Source of the DNA: Candidatus Cryptobacteroides sp.
Lineage (GTDB): Bacteria; Bacteroidota; Bacteroidia; Bacteroidales; UBA932
DNA: 64,000 nucleotides
NCBI GenBank assembly: GCA_045599665.1
Contig: JAZRWK010000001.1
Location: 225 to 64,224 of the forward strand
Direction of reading: 5' to 3'
A program made the position numbers and the translations under genes. Positions 26,400-35,846 of this stretch are shown here, one piece after another; the first letter of the stretch is position 1; each line of letters opens with the position of its first letter. Below the pieces are notes generated by a model that had not been told where the DNA came from, ran no database searches, and saw only the letters and a program-made list of their open reading frames with translations.

Positions 26400-27677
26400 A
26401 ATATGATGAAAGGATGGCTCGCACTGAGCCCTCTGCTGGTCTTCCTTATAGTCTATCTCGTCTCGTCGCTTGTGGCGAAGGATTTCTACAAGGTGCCTGT
26501 GGCATCGGCCTTCCTGATCGCTTCGATCTATGCACTGGCCACGACCCGTGGTACCATGGACCAGAGAATCAGCATCTTCTCTCGCGGGGCCGGCAACAGC
26601 AATGTCCTGCTGATGATATGGATCTTTGTACTGGCCGGGGCGTTCGCGAATACGGCTAAGGAAATCGGCTCTATCGATGCGACAGTCAACCTCACCCTGA
26701 TGGTCGTGCCTGACAAGCTGCTCCTGGCGGGTCTTTTCCTGGCCGCGTGCTTTATTTCCATGGCAATAGGCACGAGCGTAGGTACCATAGTCGCGCTTGT
26801 CCCCATCGCTTCGGGCATCGCTTCAGAGATAGGCGTTCCGGTTGCGATGATGACCGCCATAATCGTCGGCGGAGCATTCTTCGGCGACAATCTTTCCTTC
26901 ATTTCTGACACGACTATCGCCGCCACGCGTACCCAGGGTTGCTCGATGGCCGACAAGTTCAAGGCCAACATCTGGCTCGCCGGTCCTGCTGCGGTAATAG
27001 TCGCGGTAGTCTATTTGTCCATGGGAGCAGACATCAGCTCCGTACCTTCGGTCGAGGCTGTCAGCTGGGTGAAACTCCTCCCATATCTTGCAGTGATGGG
27101 TCTTGCCATCGCCGGCATAAACGTCACTCTCGCACTGTGTTCCGGTCTGGCTTTGAATGCGGCCATCGGCATGATAGGCGGCAGCCTCGGATGGATTGAT
27201 TTCCTCGGCGCCATCGGCACCGGTATAGCCGGAATGGGCGACCTTATCATCGTCACGCTCCTGGCCGGCGGTATGCTTGAGGTCATACGTCACAACGGAG
27301 GCCTGGATTTCCTGACCAAGGGCCTTTCGAGCCGTATCCATGGTAAGAGAGGCGCTGAGCTGAGCATCGCTGCTCTCGTTGGTGTGTCAAATCTCTGCAC
27401 CGCGAACAACACTATCGCAATCATCACCATGGGTGGCATCGCAAAGGATATCTCGGAGCGCTTCTCTCTTGACCCTCGCAAGGTCGCCAGCATCCTCGAT
27501 ACCTTCTCCTGCATAGTCCAGGGCGTCATCCCTTACGGCGCACAGCTGCTGATGGCGTCGGGCCTTGCCGGCATTTCAGCCGCCTCGATCATCGGCTACC
27601 TCTACTATCCTCTGGCACTTTTTGTCATCGCCGCTCTGGCGATCATATTCCGTTTCCCTAGGCACATTTCGGCGTAG
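26379..27677 (+). CDS. NhaC-family Na+/H+ (or organic-anion-coupled) antiporter
   Basis: About 430 aa, 11-12 TM segments, overall NhaC-like sequence. I use the ATG at 26379 because the ORF-track start at 26346 is TTG. Confidence 0.75.
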   Translation: MEKNASDNMMKGWLALSPLLVFLIVYLVSSLVAKDFYKVPVASAFLIASIYALATTRGTMDQRISIFSRGAGNSNVLLMIWIFVLAGAFANTAKEIGSIDATVNLTLMVVPDKLLLAGLFLAACFISMAIGTSVGTIVALVPIASGIASEIGVPVAMMTAIIVGGAFFGDNLSFISDTTIAATRTQGCSMADKFKANIWLAGPAAVIVAVVYLSMGADISSVPSVEAVSWVKLLPYLAVMGLAIAGINVTLALCSGLALNAAIGMIGGSLGWIDFLGAIGTGIAGMGDLIIVTLLAGGMLEVIRHNGGLDFLTKGLSSRIHGKRGAELSIAALVGVSNLCTANNTIAIITMGGIAKDISERFSLDPRKVASILDTFSCIVQGVIPYGAQLLMASGLAGISAASIIGYLYYPLALFVIAALAIIFRFPRHISA

Positions 27678-27738
27678 GACAACCGTCTCTGCATCATAAT
27701 CCCAATATCTTGGTATTGCTGAGTCTCTATTATCGCTG

Positions 27739-27746
27739 TACCTTTG
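27739..27746 (+). promoter_or_regulatory. Candidate -7 box (TACCTTTG) for the RIC-like/LuxR pair (a second box TATATTTG lies at 27775-27782)
   Basis: Exact TAnnTTTG matches 40 nt and 4 nt upstream of the ATG at 27786. Confidence 0.35.
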
Positions 27747-27785
27747 TATTCGTTGAATTGTGTCCTGGAAAAAGTATATTTGCGT

Positions 27786-28535
27786 ATGAAACGAAAAACA
27801 GAAGGCAGATACCAGATTTCGGCTACCATGAAGATGGCTGACCTGATCGATATGAACTTTGACCTTGTCGGTGTGCTTGCCCGCATTGGAATCAGTTTCG
27901 GCTTCGGCGAGGACACCGTCGAGGAGGTGTGTGCCAGACATGGGGTCAACACCAACACCTTCCTCCTGATCTGCATAGTCTATACCTTCGACAATTATGT
28001 TCCTACTCCGGGAGTTCTCCGAGAGGCGGATCTCAAGGACATCGTGACCTACCTGCGCCGCTCCCATGACTACTATACCCAAGTTGCTGTGACCTATCTT
28101 GCCGAGTCGATCGAAAAGATGATCGAACCATGCGACGCTAAGTATCAGAACATCATCCGCAGCTTCTTCTCTCAGTACAAGAATGAGCTTGCCAGGCACT
28201 TCGAGTTCGAGGAGACTCAGGTCTTCCCGTATGTGATGTCAGTCCTGGAGCACCGCAAGGACAGCAGCTTCACCATACTCCAGTATGAGGAGAACCATAC
28301 AAACGTCGAGGAAAAGCTCGAGGACCTGAAGAACATCCTCCTCAAATATCTGCCGCCGCAGTGCGACAATCAGTCCGTGATGATGGTTCTCAGCCATCTC
28401 CACCTGCTCGAGAAAGATCTCCAGAAGCATACACTGATAGAGGACGACATACTTGTCCCGGTGGTCAATACCATGGAACGTGACTTCGTCGCGAAGCCAG
28501 GAACTACTCTAAAACCAGGAAATGATGAAGAATAA
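27786..28535 (+). CDS. Hemerythrin-like / RIC (ScdA/YtfE)-like di-iron domain protein
   Basis: The N-terminal segment resembles the ScdA_N domain but lacks its Cys pair (ADLIDMNFDLVGVLARIGISFGFGEDTVEEVCARHGVN). It is followed by spaced His/Glu motifs (RRSHDYY, ARHFEFEE, EENHTNVEE, SHLHLLEKDLQKHTLIEDD). An alternative start is at 27828. Confidence 0.65.
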   Translation: MKRKTEGRYQISATMKMADLIDMNFDLVGVLARIGISFGFGEDTVEEVCARHGVNTNTFLLICIVYTFDNYVPTPGVLREADLKDIVTYLRRSHDYYTQVAVTYLAESIEKMIEPCDAKYQNIIRSFFSQYKNELARHFEFEETQVFPYVMSVLEHRKDSSFTILQYEENHTNVEEKLEDLKNILLKYLPPQCDNQSVMMVLSHLHLLEKDLQKHTLIEDDILVPVVNTMERDFVAKPGTTLKPGNDEE

Positions 28536-29121
28536 GAGAGTCTTGCTGATCGTGCCGTCGCTGGTGGTTGCCAAGGGTCTCGAAACCATTCTTGGCGAGG
28601 CGGGCGGATTTGATGTCTGCGGCATCATGTCGGACCTTTCATCGACCGCGGCAGTGCGTCTGAGGAACATGGACGTAGATGTCGTAGTCTTCGACCCTAT
28701 GGTACTGGACTATGGTACCAGATCCCGCTGCCGTGCCCTGATCTCAGAGTATACTGACGCTGCTGTCGTGGGTTTCGGAAGTTCGCAGCTTGACGACGAC
28801 CTGGTCAGGCAGTTCGATGAGATAATAGGTATCTATGACGAGCCGGCTGTGATCGCCAGGAAGCTGCGCAGCTCGCAGGAATCGCATTCGGAAATGCCGA
28901 AGCCGGAAGGGGAGGAACTGTCATCCAGGGAGAAGGAAATACTTGTCTGCGTGGCAAGAGGCATGATGAACAAGGAAATTGCCGATAAGTTCTTCATCTC
29001 TATCCATACAGTCATCACCCACAGGAAGAACATAACAAGAAAGACCGGCATCAAAACTGTCGCCGGCCTTACTGTGTATGCTTTGCTGAACAATCTTATC
29101 GACGTCAACACATTCGAATAA
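28522..29121 (+). CDS. LuxR/FixJ-type transcriptional regulator with degenerate (pseudo-)receiver domain
   Basis: C-terminal LuxR HTH LSSREKEILVCVARGMMNKEIADKFFISIHTVITHRKNITRKTG. The N-terminal receiver-like fold lacks the acidic DD pair (VLLIVPSLV) and the conserved Lys. It overlaps the upstream gene by 14 nt. Confidence 0.8.
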   Translation: MMKNKRVLLIVPSLVVAKGLETILGEAGGFDVCGIMSDLSSTAAVRLRNMDVDVVVFDPMVLDYGTRSRCRALISEYTDAAVVGFGSSQLDDDLVRQFDEIIGIYDEPAVIARKLRSSQESHSEMPKPEGEELSSREKEILVCVARGMMNKEIADKFFISIHTVITHRKNITRKTGIKTVAGLTVYALLNNLIDVNTFE

Positions 29122-29133
29122 GGATCTGTCTTC

Positions 29134-30060
29134 CTACCAACCCATCTTTATGTTGTTTGCCATCTCGTCGGCGAGCCTCTGGCGCGCCTCGTGGGTGGTC
29201 CATGCGATGTGAGGGGAGAAGATGATCTTGTTCATGTCCTTCAGATGCATCAGAGGGTTGTCCAGAGGAAGCGGTTCCTTCACGAATACATCTATCGCAG
29301 CGCCCTTGATGAGGTCTTCGTCCAGGGCTCTTGCAAGGTCTGCCTCTACCTCGATTCCACCACGGCCGGTGTTGACCAGCACGGCGCTTCTCTTCATCAT
29401 CCTGAACTGCTCATAGCCGATCAGACCGGCTGTCTTTTCATTGTAAGGAGCATGGATGGTTATGGCGTCGGATCTCCTCAGGAGTTCCTCAAGACTTACG
29501 CTGGGATAGTCCTTGCAGTGTGATGTTCCTGAGGTGGAGTAGTAGATGACCTCCATTCCGAAGGCTTTGCCTATTGATGCCACCTTCTGTCCTATCGCTC
29601 CCATGCCTACAATACCGAGTACCTTGCCTGTGCTCTCGATGAAAGGGTTGCTTGGGTCTGTATGGATCTTGCCCTGTGAGTATACGCCGGATTTTACGAA
29701 ATTGTCGTAGTAGAAGGCGTTGCCCATGAGATTGAGGATGTGCATGAATGCGCACTGGGCAACTGAATCAGTCGAGTAACCTGCTACATTTCTTACAATT
29801 ACGTTCCTTTTTCCGCATGCTATGGTATCAATGTTGTTGATGCCTGTACCGGCTTCGCAGACAAGCCTGAGCTTAGGTGCATGGTCAAGGAACTCGTCGT
29901 CAACCCTTACCTTGTTGACGATGACTACCTCGCAGTCGGTGCATCTTTCGAAGGACTGCTGTCTGTCACAGTCGGGATAGCAGATGAATTCGCCAAGCTT
30001 TTCGATCTCGGTCATCGGGGTATCGCCCATGGTGGCGGCGTCAAGAAATACGATTTTCAT
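29134..30060 (-). CDS. D-isomer-specific 2-hydroxyacid dehydrogenase (glycerate/hydroxypyruvate reductase-like)
   Basis: NAD-binding GIVGMGAIGQKVA, and VNTGRGG...SPHIAW catalytic region. Confidence 0.85.
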   Translation of the reverse strand: MKIVFLDAATMGDTPMTEIEKLGEFICYPDCDRQQSFERCTDCEVVIVNKVRVDDEFLDHAPKLRLVCEAGTGINNIDTIACGKRNVIVRNVAGYSTDSVAQCAFMHILNLMGNAFYYDNFVKSGVYSQGKIHTDPSNPFIESTGKVLGIVGMGAIGQKVASIGKAFGMEVIYYSTSGTSHCKDYPSVSLEELLRRSDAITIHAPYNEKTAGLIGYEQFRMMKRSAVLVNTGRGGIEVEADLARALDEDLIKGAAIDVFVKEPLPLDNPLMHLKDMNKIIFSPHIAWTTHEARQRLADEMANNIKMGW

Positions 30061-30107
30061 TGTAGCAATTTTTGTTAATCTGCGTCTAATATACGAAAAA
30101 AGTAAAA

Positions 30108-30770
30108 ATGCTGATAGAACTTAAGAATATAAACAAGACCTATGACAACGGGCAGCCGTTGCATGTCCTGAAGGGCATTGACCTTGAAATAGAAAGGGGC
30201 GAGTTCGTCTCGATAATGGGAGCGTCAGGCTCAGGCAAGTCAACCCTTCTGAACATCCTCGGCATCCTTGACAACTATGACACCGGTGAATATTACCTGG
30301 ACGGAAAACTTGTGAAGAACCTCAGTGAAAACCGCGCCGCTGAATACCGGAACACTATGATCGGCTTCATCTTCCAGTCTTACAACCTCATAGGTTTCAA
30401 GACTGCGGTAGAGAATGTGGAACTCCCTCTTTTCTATCAGGGAGTTCCAAGAAAGAAAAGACACGAGATGGCGATGGAATATCTTGACCGTCTCGGCCTG
30501 AAGGACTGGGCAGGCCATTTCCCGAACGAGATGTCGGGAGGACAGAAGCAGAGGGTTGCCATAGCCCGTGCCCTGATAACCCGTCCTCAGATAATACTTG
30601 CGGACGAGCCGACAGGAGCTCTCGACTCGAAGACCTCGGTGGAGATCATGAACCTGCTGAAGGAACTCAACGAGAAGGAGAACATGACCATCGTGGTCGT
30701 GACCCATGACCCAGGAGTGGCCGAGGCTACGAACAGGGTGATACGTATAAAGGACGGACTGATAGGATGA
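30108..30770 (+). CDS. ABC transporter ATP-binding protein (MacB/LolD-type)
   Basis: Walker A GASGSGKST, signature MSGGQKQRVAIARAL, Walker B ILADEPTGALD. Confidence 0.92.
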   Translation: MLIELKNINKTYDNGQPLHVLKGIDLEIERGEFVSIMGASGSGKSTLLNILGILDNYDTGEYYLDGKLVKNLSENRAAEYRNTMIGFIFQSYNLIGFKTAVENVELPLFYQGVPRKKRHEMAMEYLDRLGLKDWAGHFPNEMSGGQKQRVAIARALITRPQIILADEPTGALDSKTSVEIMNLLKELNEKENMTIVVVTHDPGVAEATNRVIRIKDGLIG

Positions 30771-32026
30771 GAGAACTCTTTGCGGAAATATGGAGCTCGC
30801 TGCGCCAGAACCGTCTCAGGACTGCACTGACAGGCCTGGCCGTGGCGTGGGGCATCTTCCTGCTGATTGCTCTGCTGGGCGCCGGGAACGGCCTTCTCAA
30901 CGCCCTGCTCAGGAATTCTGAGAGCCTTGACAAGTCCATGCTGGTCGTGTCTTCCCGCACATCCAAGCCATATGCCGGATATGAGAGCGGAAGACGCATA
31001 AGGATGGATCTCGAGGATCTTGACCGTCTTGGGAGGGATCCATATGCAAGGAACGTAGGCACTGTCAGCCCCCTTGTCAGGAAGAACCTGACGATGGTCT
31101 ATGGCGACTATTATCTCTCGTGCCGCATGTCGGGCGTGGAGGCAGCATACAAGGACATACTCCACATAGACATACTCAAGGGACGTTTCATAAACATCCG
31201 CGACAATGAGGGACAACGCAAGAGCGTAGTCATCGGAAGCAAGGAGGCCAGGCAGCTGTACGGCAAGGAGGAAGGTTATGAGGAGATGATCGGCAGGACA
31301 GTGACCATCGGCGGTTTCCCTTATCAGATCGTCGGAATATTCAGGACGTCCGAAGATGATTCCTCTGTCAATGTATATGTCCCTTATGAGACTGCGACGA
31401 CCATCTACAATCTCGGAAAGAACATAGAGCAGATTGCTTTTTCATTCGAAGGAATAGAAACAGTGGAGGAGTCTGAGGTATTCGAGAACAGCTACAGGAC
31501 ATCCATCAACATACACCATCAGGCTGCGCCGGACGACAAGCGCTCTGTATGGATCCAGAATACTCTGTCGTCCAACGAATCTGTAAACAAGGCTATCAGG
31601 CTCATCAGGTTCTCTCTGTGGGTGCTTGGCCTGATGTCTCTTGTCAGCGGAATAGTAGGAGTGTCCAATATCATGCTCATCAGCGTGAAGGAACGCACCC
31701 ACGAGTTCGGCATCAGAAAGGCGATAGGAGCCAAGCCAGGATCCATCCTTGCCCTTATCATTACGGAAAGCGTCTGCATAACGGCGGCGTTCGGCTATCT
31801 GGGAATGGTCCTTGGCATGCTTGCCAACCAGGTGATGGACAAGACGCTGGGTGGACATGGTCTTGATACCGACCTTTTCAGTGTCACGTTGTTCGTCGAT
31901 CCGACTGTCGGATTTGACGTGGCGCTTGAGGCAACCATGGTCCTTGTCATCGCCGGAACGGTTGCGGGTCTGATACCTGCTGTCAAGGCAGCTAAAGTGA
32001 AACCGATAGAAGCTCTCAGAGGATAA
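30767..32026 (+). CDS. ABC transporter permease, MacB/FtsX-type
   Basis: One N-terminal TM, a large periplasmic domain and a C-terminal FtsX 3-TM bundle. ATGA overlap with the ATPase gene. Confidence 0.85.
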   Translation: MRELFAEIWSSLRQNRLRTALTGLAVAWGIFLLIALLGAGNGLLNALLRNSESLDKSMLVVSSRTSKPYAGYESGRRIRMDLEDLDRLGRDPYARNVGTVSPLVRKNLTMVYGDYYLSCRMSGVEAAYKDILHIDILKGRFINIRDNEGQRKSVVIGSKEARQLYGKEEGYEEMIGRTVTIGGFPYQIVGIFRTSEDDSSVNVYVPYETATTIYNLGKNIEQIAFSFEGIETVEESEVFENSYRTSINIHHQAAPDDKRSVWIQNTLSSNESVNKAIRLIRFSLWVLGLMSLVSGIVGVSNIMLISVKERTHEFGIRKAIGAKPGSILALIITESVCITAAFGYLGMVLGMLANQVMDKTLGGHGLDTDLFSVTLFVDPTVGFDVALEATMVLVIAGTVAGLIPAVKAAKVKPIEALRG

Positions 32027-33273
32027 TGAAGAGATTTTTCGACATAGACTCTTTCAAGGAGATCATTGATTCCCTGATGAAGAACAAGAGCCGCAGCCTG
32101 CTTACGGGCTTCGGAGTCTTCTGGGGCATCTTCATGCTCCTGTTCCTGATGGGCGGAGGCGACGGTATCCAGAGGATGCTTGTGAAGAACTTCGAGGGTT
32201 TCGCGACAAATTCGGGATTCGTGATTCCTGGAGAGACCGCTGAACCGTATCTGGGATTCCGCAGCGGGCGACGCATCCGTTTCACCCAGGAGGACCTTGA
32301 TGTGCTGCGTAAGCAGGTGCCGGAGGCGAAGGTCATTTCCGGAATCGTTGCGATGTGGGCGAACAATGCGGTCTATGAGGACCGTACTTCGGACTGCAAT
32401 GCCAAGGGTGTGTCTGCAGAGTATGCGAAGATCGAGGCTCCGTCGATGAAATACGGCCGCTATATCAACAGCGTCGATGTCGAGCAGGACAGAAGGGTCT
32501 GTGTCATAGGCAAGAAGATCTACGAGGAGCTTTTCCCTGACGGTGGAGATCCTTGCGGAAGCTTCATAAAGGTGTCGGGAATATACTTCCAGGTAGTAGG
32601 TGTGGACGTGCACAGTTCGGCAGTGTCGATCAACGGAAGGTCGGAGGAGGCAGTCACCATCCCTATCACGACCCTGCAGAAGATATTCTCGAGAGGCAAT
32701 ACTGTCGATTTCTTTGCCATGGTCGCCCAGCCTGGGGTCAAGATCAAGGAAGTGATCGAAAAGTGTACGGATGTGCTTGAGACAAGGCATTATATCATGC
32801 CGGGAGATACCAAGGCCATAGTCACGGTCAATGCCGAGGAACTGTTCGGGATCATGGACAATCTCTTCCGAGGACTTGACATACTGATATGGCTCGTGGG
32901 ATTCGGAACCCTCCTCGCCGCAGCGATCGGCGTCTCCAACATCATGATGGTGACCGTCCGCGAGAGGACTGTGGAGATAGGTATCAGAAGGGCCATAGGT
33001 GCTACTCCAAGGATGATTCTCATGCAGATCATGTCGGAAAGCGTGATGCTTACCTTCGTGGCGGGAATGCTTGGAATCATGCTGTCGGTGATGGTGCTGA
33101 ACGTGGTGGAGATGGCTGTATCGCACAGTGAGATGCCTGTTCCGTTCCAGATCAGCTTCTGGTCCGCAGTGGCGGTGGTATTCATACTGATGGTGCTTGG
33201 TGTGCTCGCCGGACTTGCACCGGCGATGAGAGCGATGGCGATCAAGCCTGTCGATGCGATGAGGGACGAATAA
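32026..33273 (+). CDS. ABC transporter permease, MacB/FtsX-type (second copy)
   Basis: Same architecture as the previous gene. TAATG overlap. Confidence 0.85.
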   Translation: MKRFFDIDSFKEIIDSLMKNKSRSLLTGFGVFWGIFMLLFLMGGGDGIQRMLVKNFEGFATNSGFVIPGETAEPYLGFRSGRRIRFTQEDLDVLRKQVPEAKVISGIVAMWANNAVYEDRTSDCNAKGVSAEYAKIEAPSMKYGRYINSVDVEQDRRVCVIGKKIYEELFPDGGDPCGSFIKVSGIYFQVVGVDVHSSAVSINGRSEEAVTIPITTLQKIFSRGNTVDFFAMVAQPGVKIKEVIEKCTDVLETRHYIMPGDTKAIVTVNAEELFGIMDNLFRGLDILIWLVGFGTLLAAAIGVSNIMMVTVRERTVEIGIRRAIGATPRMILMQIMSESVMLTFVAGMLGIMLSVMVLNVVEMAVSHSEMPVPFQISFWSAVAVVFILMVLGVLAGLAPAMRAMAIKPVDAMRDE

Positions 33274-33294
33274 AGGAAAAAACAAACAACAGAT

Positions 33295-34371
33295 ATGAAG
33301 AAGTATATCTACATGGCACTCATAGCCATAGCATTCGTGGGAACTTTCGTGTTCCTGTACAGGAAGTCTAAGCCTGAGGAGATCAGGTACGAGGAACTTA
33401 CTCCAGAGACGAAGGACATCGACAGGATCGCTGTCGTGACGGGCAAGATCGTGCCTCGCAACGAGGTCAATGTCAAGCCTCAGATCAGCGGAATCATCTC
33501 CGAACTCTACAAGGAGGCGGGGCAGCTTGTACAGGAAGGTGAGGTCATCGCCAAGGTGAAGGTCATTCCTGACATGAATTCCCTCAGCTCTGCGCAGAGC
33601 CGTGTACGCCTCTCACAGATCAATCTCGAGCAGGTGCAGAAGAATTATGAAAGAGAGAAGGCTCTCTATGACAAGAAACTTGTAAGCGCGGAGGAGTATG
33701 AGCAGTCACGCCAGCAGCTTTCCCAGGCAAAGGAAGAAGCCTCGGCGGCCCAGGAGGCCCTCGAGGTGATCAGGGACGGTGTGTCTAAGAGCAATGCATC
33801 CTCTAGCTCCACCCTTATCCGCTCGACTATCACAGGCCTTATCCTTGACATCCCTGTCAAGGTAGGTAACTCGGTTATTCTCAGCAATACATTCAATGAC
33901 GGTACTACCATCGCCACCGTTGCCAACATGAACGACCTGATCTTCGACGGAAATGTCGACGAGACAGAGGTCGGACGTCTCCAGGAGAACATGCCTGTGA
34001 CCATCACCATAGGTGCGCTCCAGAACCTCAGCTTCGATGCGGTCCTTGAGTATATCTCGCCGAAGGCTACCGAGAACAACGGTGCCAACCAGTTCGAGGT
34101 CAAGGCGGCCGTCAAGGTCCCTGGCGACCAGATGATACGCTCCGGCTACAGCGCAAATGCTTCAGTAGTGCTCGAGAGGGCGGAGAACGTGCTTTCTATT
34201 CCGGAGAGTGCGATCGACTTCGACGGTGACGAAGCCTATGCCTATGTGATGAAGGACGGCAAGTATGTGAAGACTCAGGTCCAGACCGGACTGAGCAATG
34301 GCGTCGACATCCAGGTGCTTTCAGGCATCGTGGCTGGCGACAAGGTAAGAGGAAACAGGATATTCGAATAG
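33295..34371 (+). CDS. Periplasmic adaptor (HlyD/MFP family) efflux subunit
   Basis: N-terminal TM, coiled-coil hairpin region and beta-barrel domains typical of MFPs. Confidence 0.85.
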   Translation: MKKYIYMALIAIAFVGTFVFLYRKSKPEEIRYEELTPETKDIDRIAVVTGKIVPRNEVNVKPQISGIISELYKEAGQLVQEGEVIAKVKVIPDMNSLSSAQSRVRLSQINLEQVQKNYEREKALYDKKLVSAEEYEQSRQQLSQAKEEASAAQEALEVIRDGVSKSNASSSSTLIRSTITGLILDIPVKVGNSVILSNTFNDGTTIATVANMNDLIFDGNVDETEVGRLQENMPVTITIGALQNLSFDAVLEYISPKATENNGANQFEVKAAVKVPGDQMIRSGYSANASVVLERAENVLSIPESAIDFDGDEAYAYVMKDGKYVKTQVQTGLSNGVDIQVLSGIVAGDKVRGNRIFE

Positions 34372-34374
34372 GCT

Positions 34375-35718
34375 ATGAGAAAGATATCAGGTATTATATC
34401 GGAGATGGCGCTCGTGCTGGTGGTCACGGTGGGCGGATCTCAGGTGCAGGCTCAGGAACGGCAGGTACCATGGTCCCTTGCGGACTGTGTCGACTACGCG
34501 CTTGAGCATAATATCACGGTACGTCAGCAGGAGATTTCTGTGGCGCAGAGGGAAATTGAGCTGAATACGGCCCAGAACAGCCGCCTGCCGGGTGTGAGCG
34601 GCAGCATGTCGGAGAATTTCTCGTTCGGACGTGGTCTTTCGGCGGACAATACCTATGAGAATTCGAACTCGACTTCGACCGGTATCAGTCTCGGTGCTGA
34701 TGTTCCTGTGTTCCAAGGCTTCAGGATCAGACATAACATTGAACTCCAGAAGCTGAATCTTGCTGCCGCATCGGCTGACCTTGACAGGATCAAGGACAAT
34801 ATCAGCGTGCAGGTCGCTCAGGCATATGTCCAGATTCTCTACAATATGGAGATACTTGAGGTTGCAAAAAACCAGGTGGCTATTGATTCTCTGCAGGTCG
34901 AGAGAATAGAGGCTATGGTGGAGAACGGCAAGGCTAGCGCTGTCCAGCTGGCTCAGCAGAAGTCGGCATTGAGTCAGAGCAAGTATTCTAAGACCATGGC
35001 TCAGAACAACCTGAATCTTTCGCTTCTGGATCTTTCACAGCTGCTTGAACTGAGTTCTCCTGAGGGTTTCGCTGTTGCAAAGCCGGACCCTTCGGCGCTT
35101 CAGCCTGGCATTCTGGAGACTCCTGAGCAGGTCTATGCTGCCGCAGTCGGAGTGAAGCCTTCGATCCAGGCGGAGATGACAAGGCTCGATGCGGCTTCGT
35201 CTCAGATCAGCCTTGCCAAAAGCTATCGTCTCCCATCGATATCTCTCAGCGGTGGAGTGGGGACAAACTATTATACCTCTTCAGTCCGTGCAGCGACAGC
35301 TTTCACCCAGCAGATCAAGAACAATTTCAGCCAGTACCTCGGTGTCAGTCTCTCTGTTCCTATCTTCAGCCGCTTTTCTGTCAGGAACAGTATCAGGAGC
35401 AGCCAGCTGAGCTATATGAACCAGGAACTTCAGGTAGAAAGTGCGAAGAAGAGCCTCTACAAGGAGATCCAGCAGGCGTATGCGAACGCCGTGGCCTCGC
35501 AGGCAAAATACATCAGTTCTATGGAAAGCGCTGCAAGTGCACAGGAATCGTTTGATCTCGTCCAGGCCAAGTACGAGACAGGAAAGGCTAATATAACAGA
35601 GTTCAACGAGAGTCGAAGTGCCATGGTCAAGGCTCTCTCAGACCTTGCCCAGTCCCGATATGAAAGCTATTTCAACTCAAAGGTCCTGGACTTCTACAAG
35701 GGAATTCCTTTGAGGTAG
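34375..35718 (+). CDS. TolC-family outer membrane efflux protein
   Basis: Signal peptide and two internally repeated OEP halves. Operon position after the MFP gene. Confidence 0.85.
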   Translation: MRKISGIISEMALVLVVTVGGSQVQAQERQVPWSLADCVDYALEHNITVRQQEISVAQREIELNTAQNSRLPGVSGSMSENFSFGRGLSADNTYENSNSTSTGISLGADVPVFQGFRIRHNIELQKLNLAAASADLDRIKDNISVQVAQAYVQILYNMEILEVAKNQVAIDSLQVERIEAMVENGKASAVQLAQQKSALSQSKYSKTMAQNNLNLSLLDLSQLLELSSPEGFAVAKPDPSALQPGILETPEQVYAAAVGVKPSIQAEMTRLDAASSQISLAKSYRLPSISLSGGVGTNYYTSSVRAATAFTQQIKNNFSQYLGVSLSVPIFSRFSVRNSIRSSQLSYMNQELQVESAKKSLYKEIQQAYANAVASQAKYISSMESAASAQESFDLVQAKYETGKANITEFNESRSAMVKALSDLAQSRYESYFNSKVLDFYKGIPLR

Positions 35719-35767
35719 ACATATACGTATACGTAAGAACATTTTTGATGAATTAATGCATTTGTTG

Positions 35768-35810
35768 GCAGGTTTCGTTGGGAAACGGAACCTGCTTTTC
35801 AGTTTTTTTC
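35768..35810 (+). terminator. Intrinsic terminator of the efflux operon
   Basis: 12-bp stem GCAGGTTTCGTT / AACGGAACCTGC (one G-U pair), loop GGGA, then TTTTCAGTTTTTTT. Confidence 0.7.
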
Positions 35811-35846
35811 GCTAACTTGGCACATTACTCTTTCAAAACTTGAATC

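Noticed and set aside
30108-35718. The MacB-type ABC / two FtsX permeases / MFP / TolC operon as a candidate novel secretion or bacteriocin-export system.
   Set aside because: The gene order and domain content are the standard Bacteroidota tripartite MacAB-TolC-like efflux arrangement. There is no adjacent peptide precursor, peptidase-C39 domain or immunity gene.
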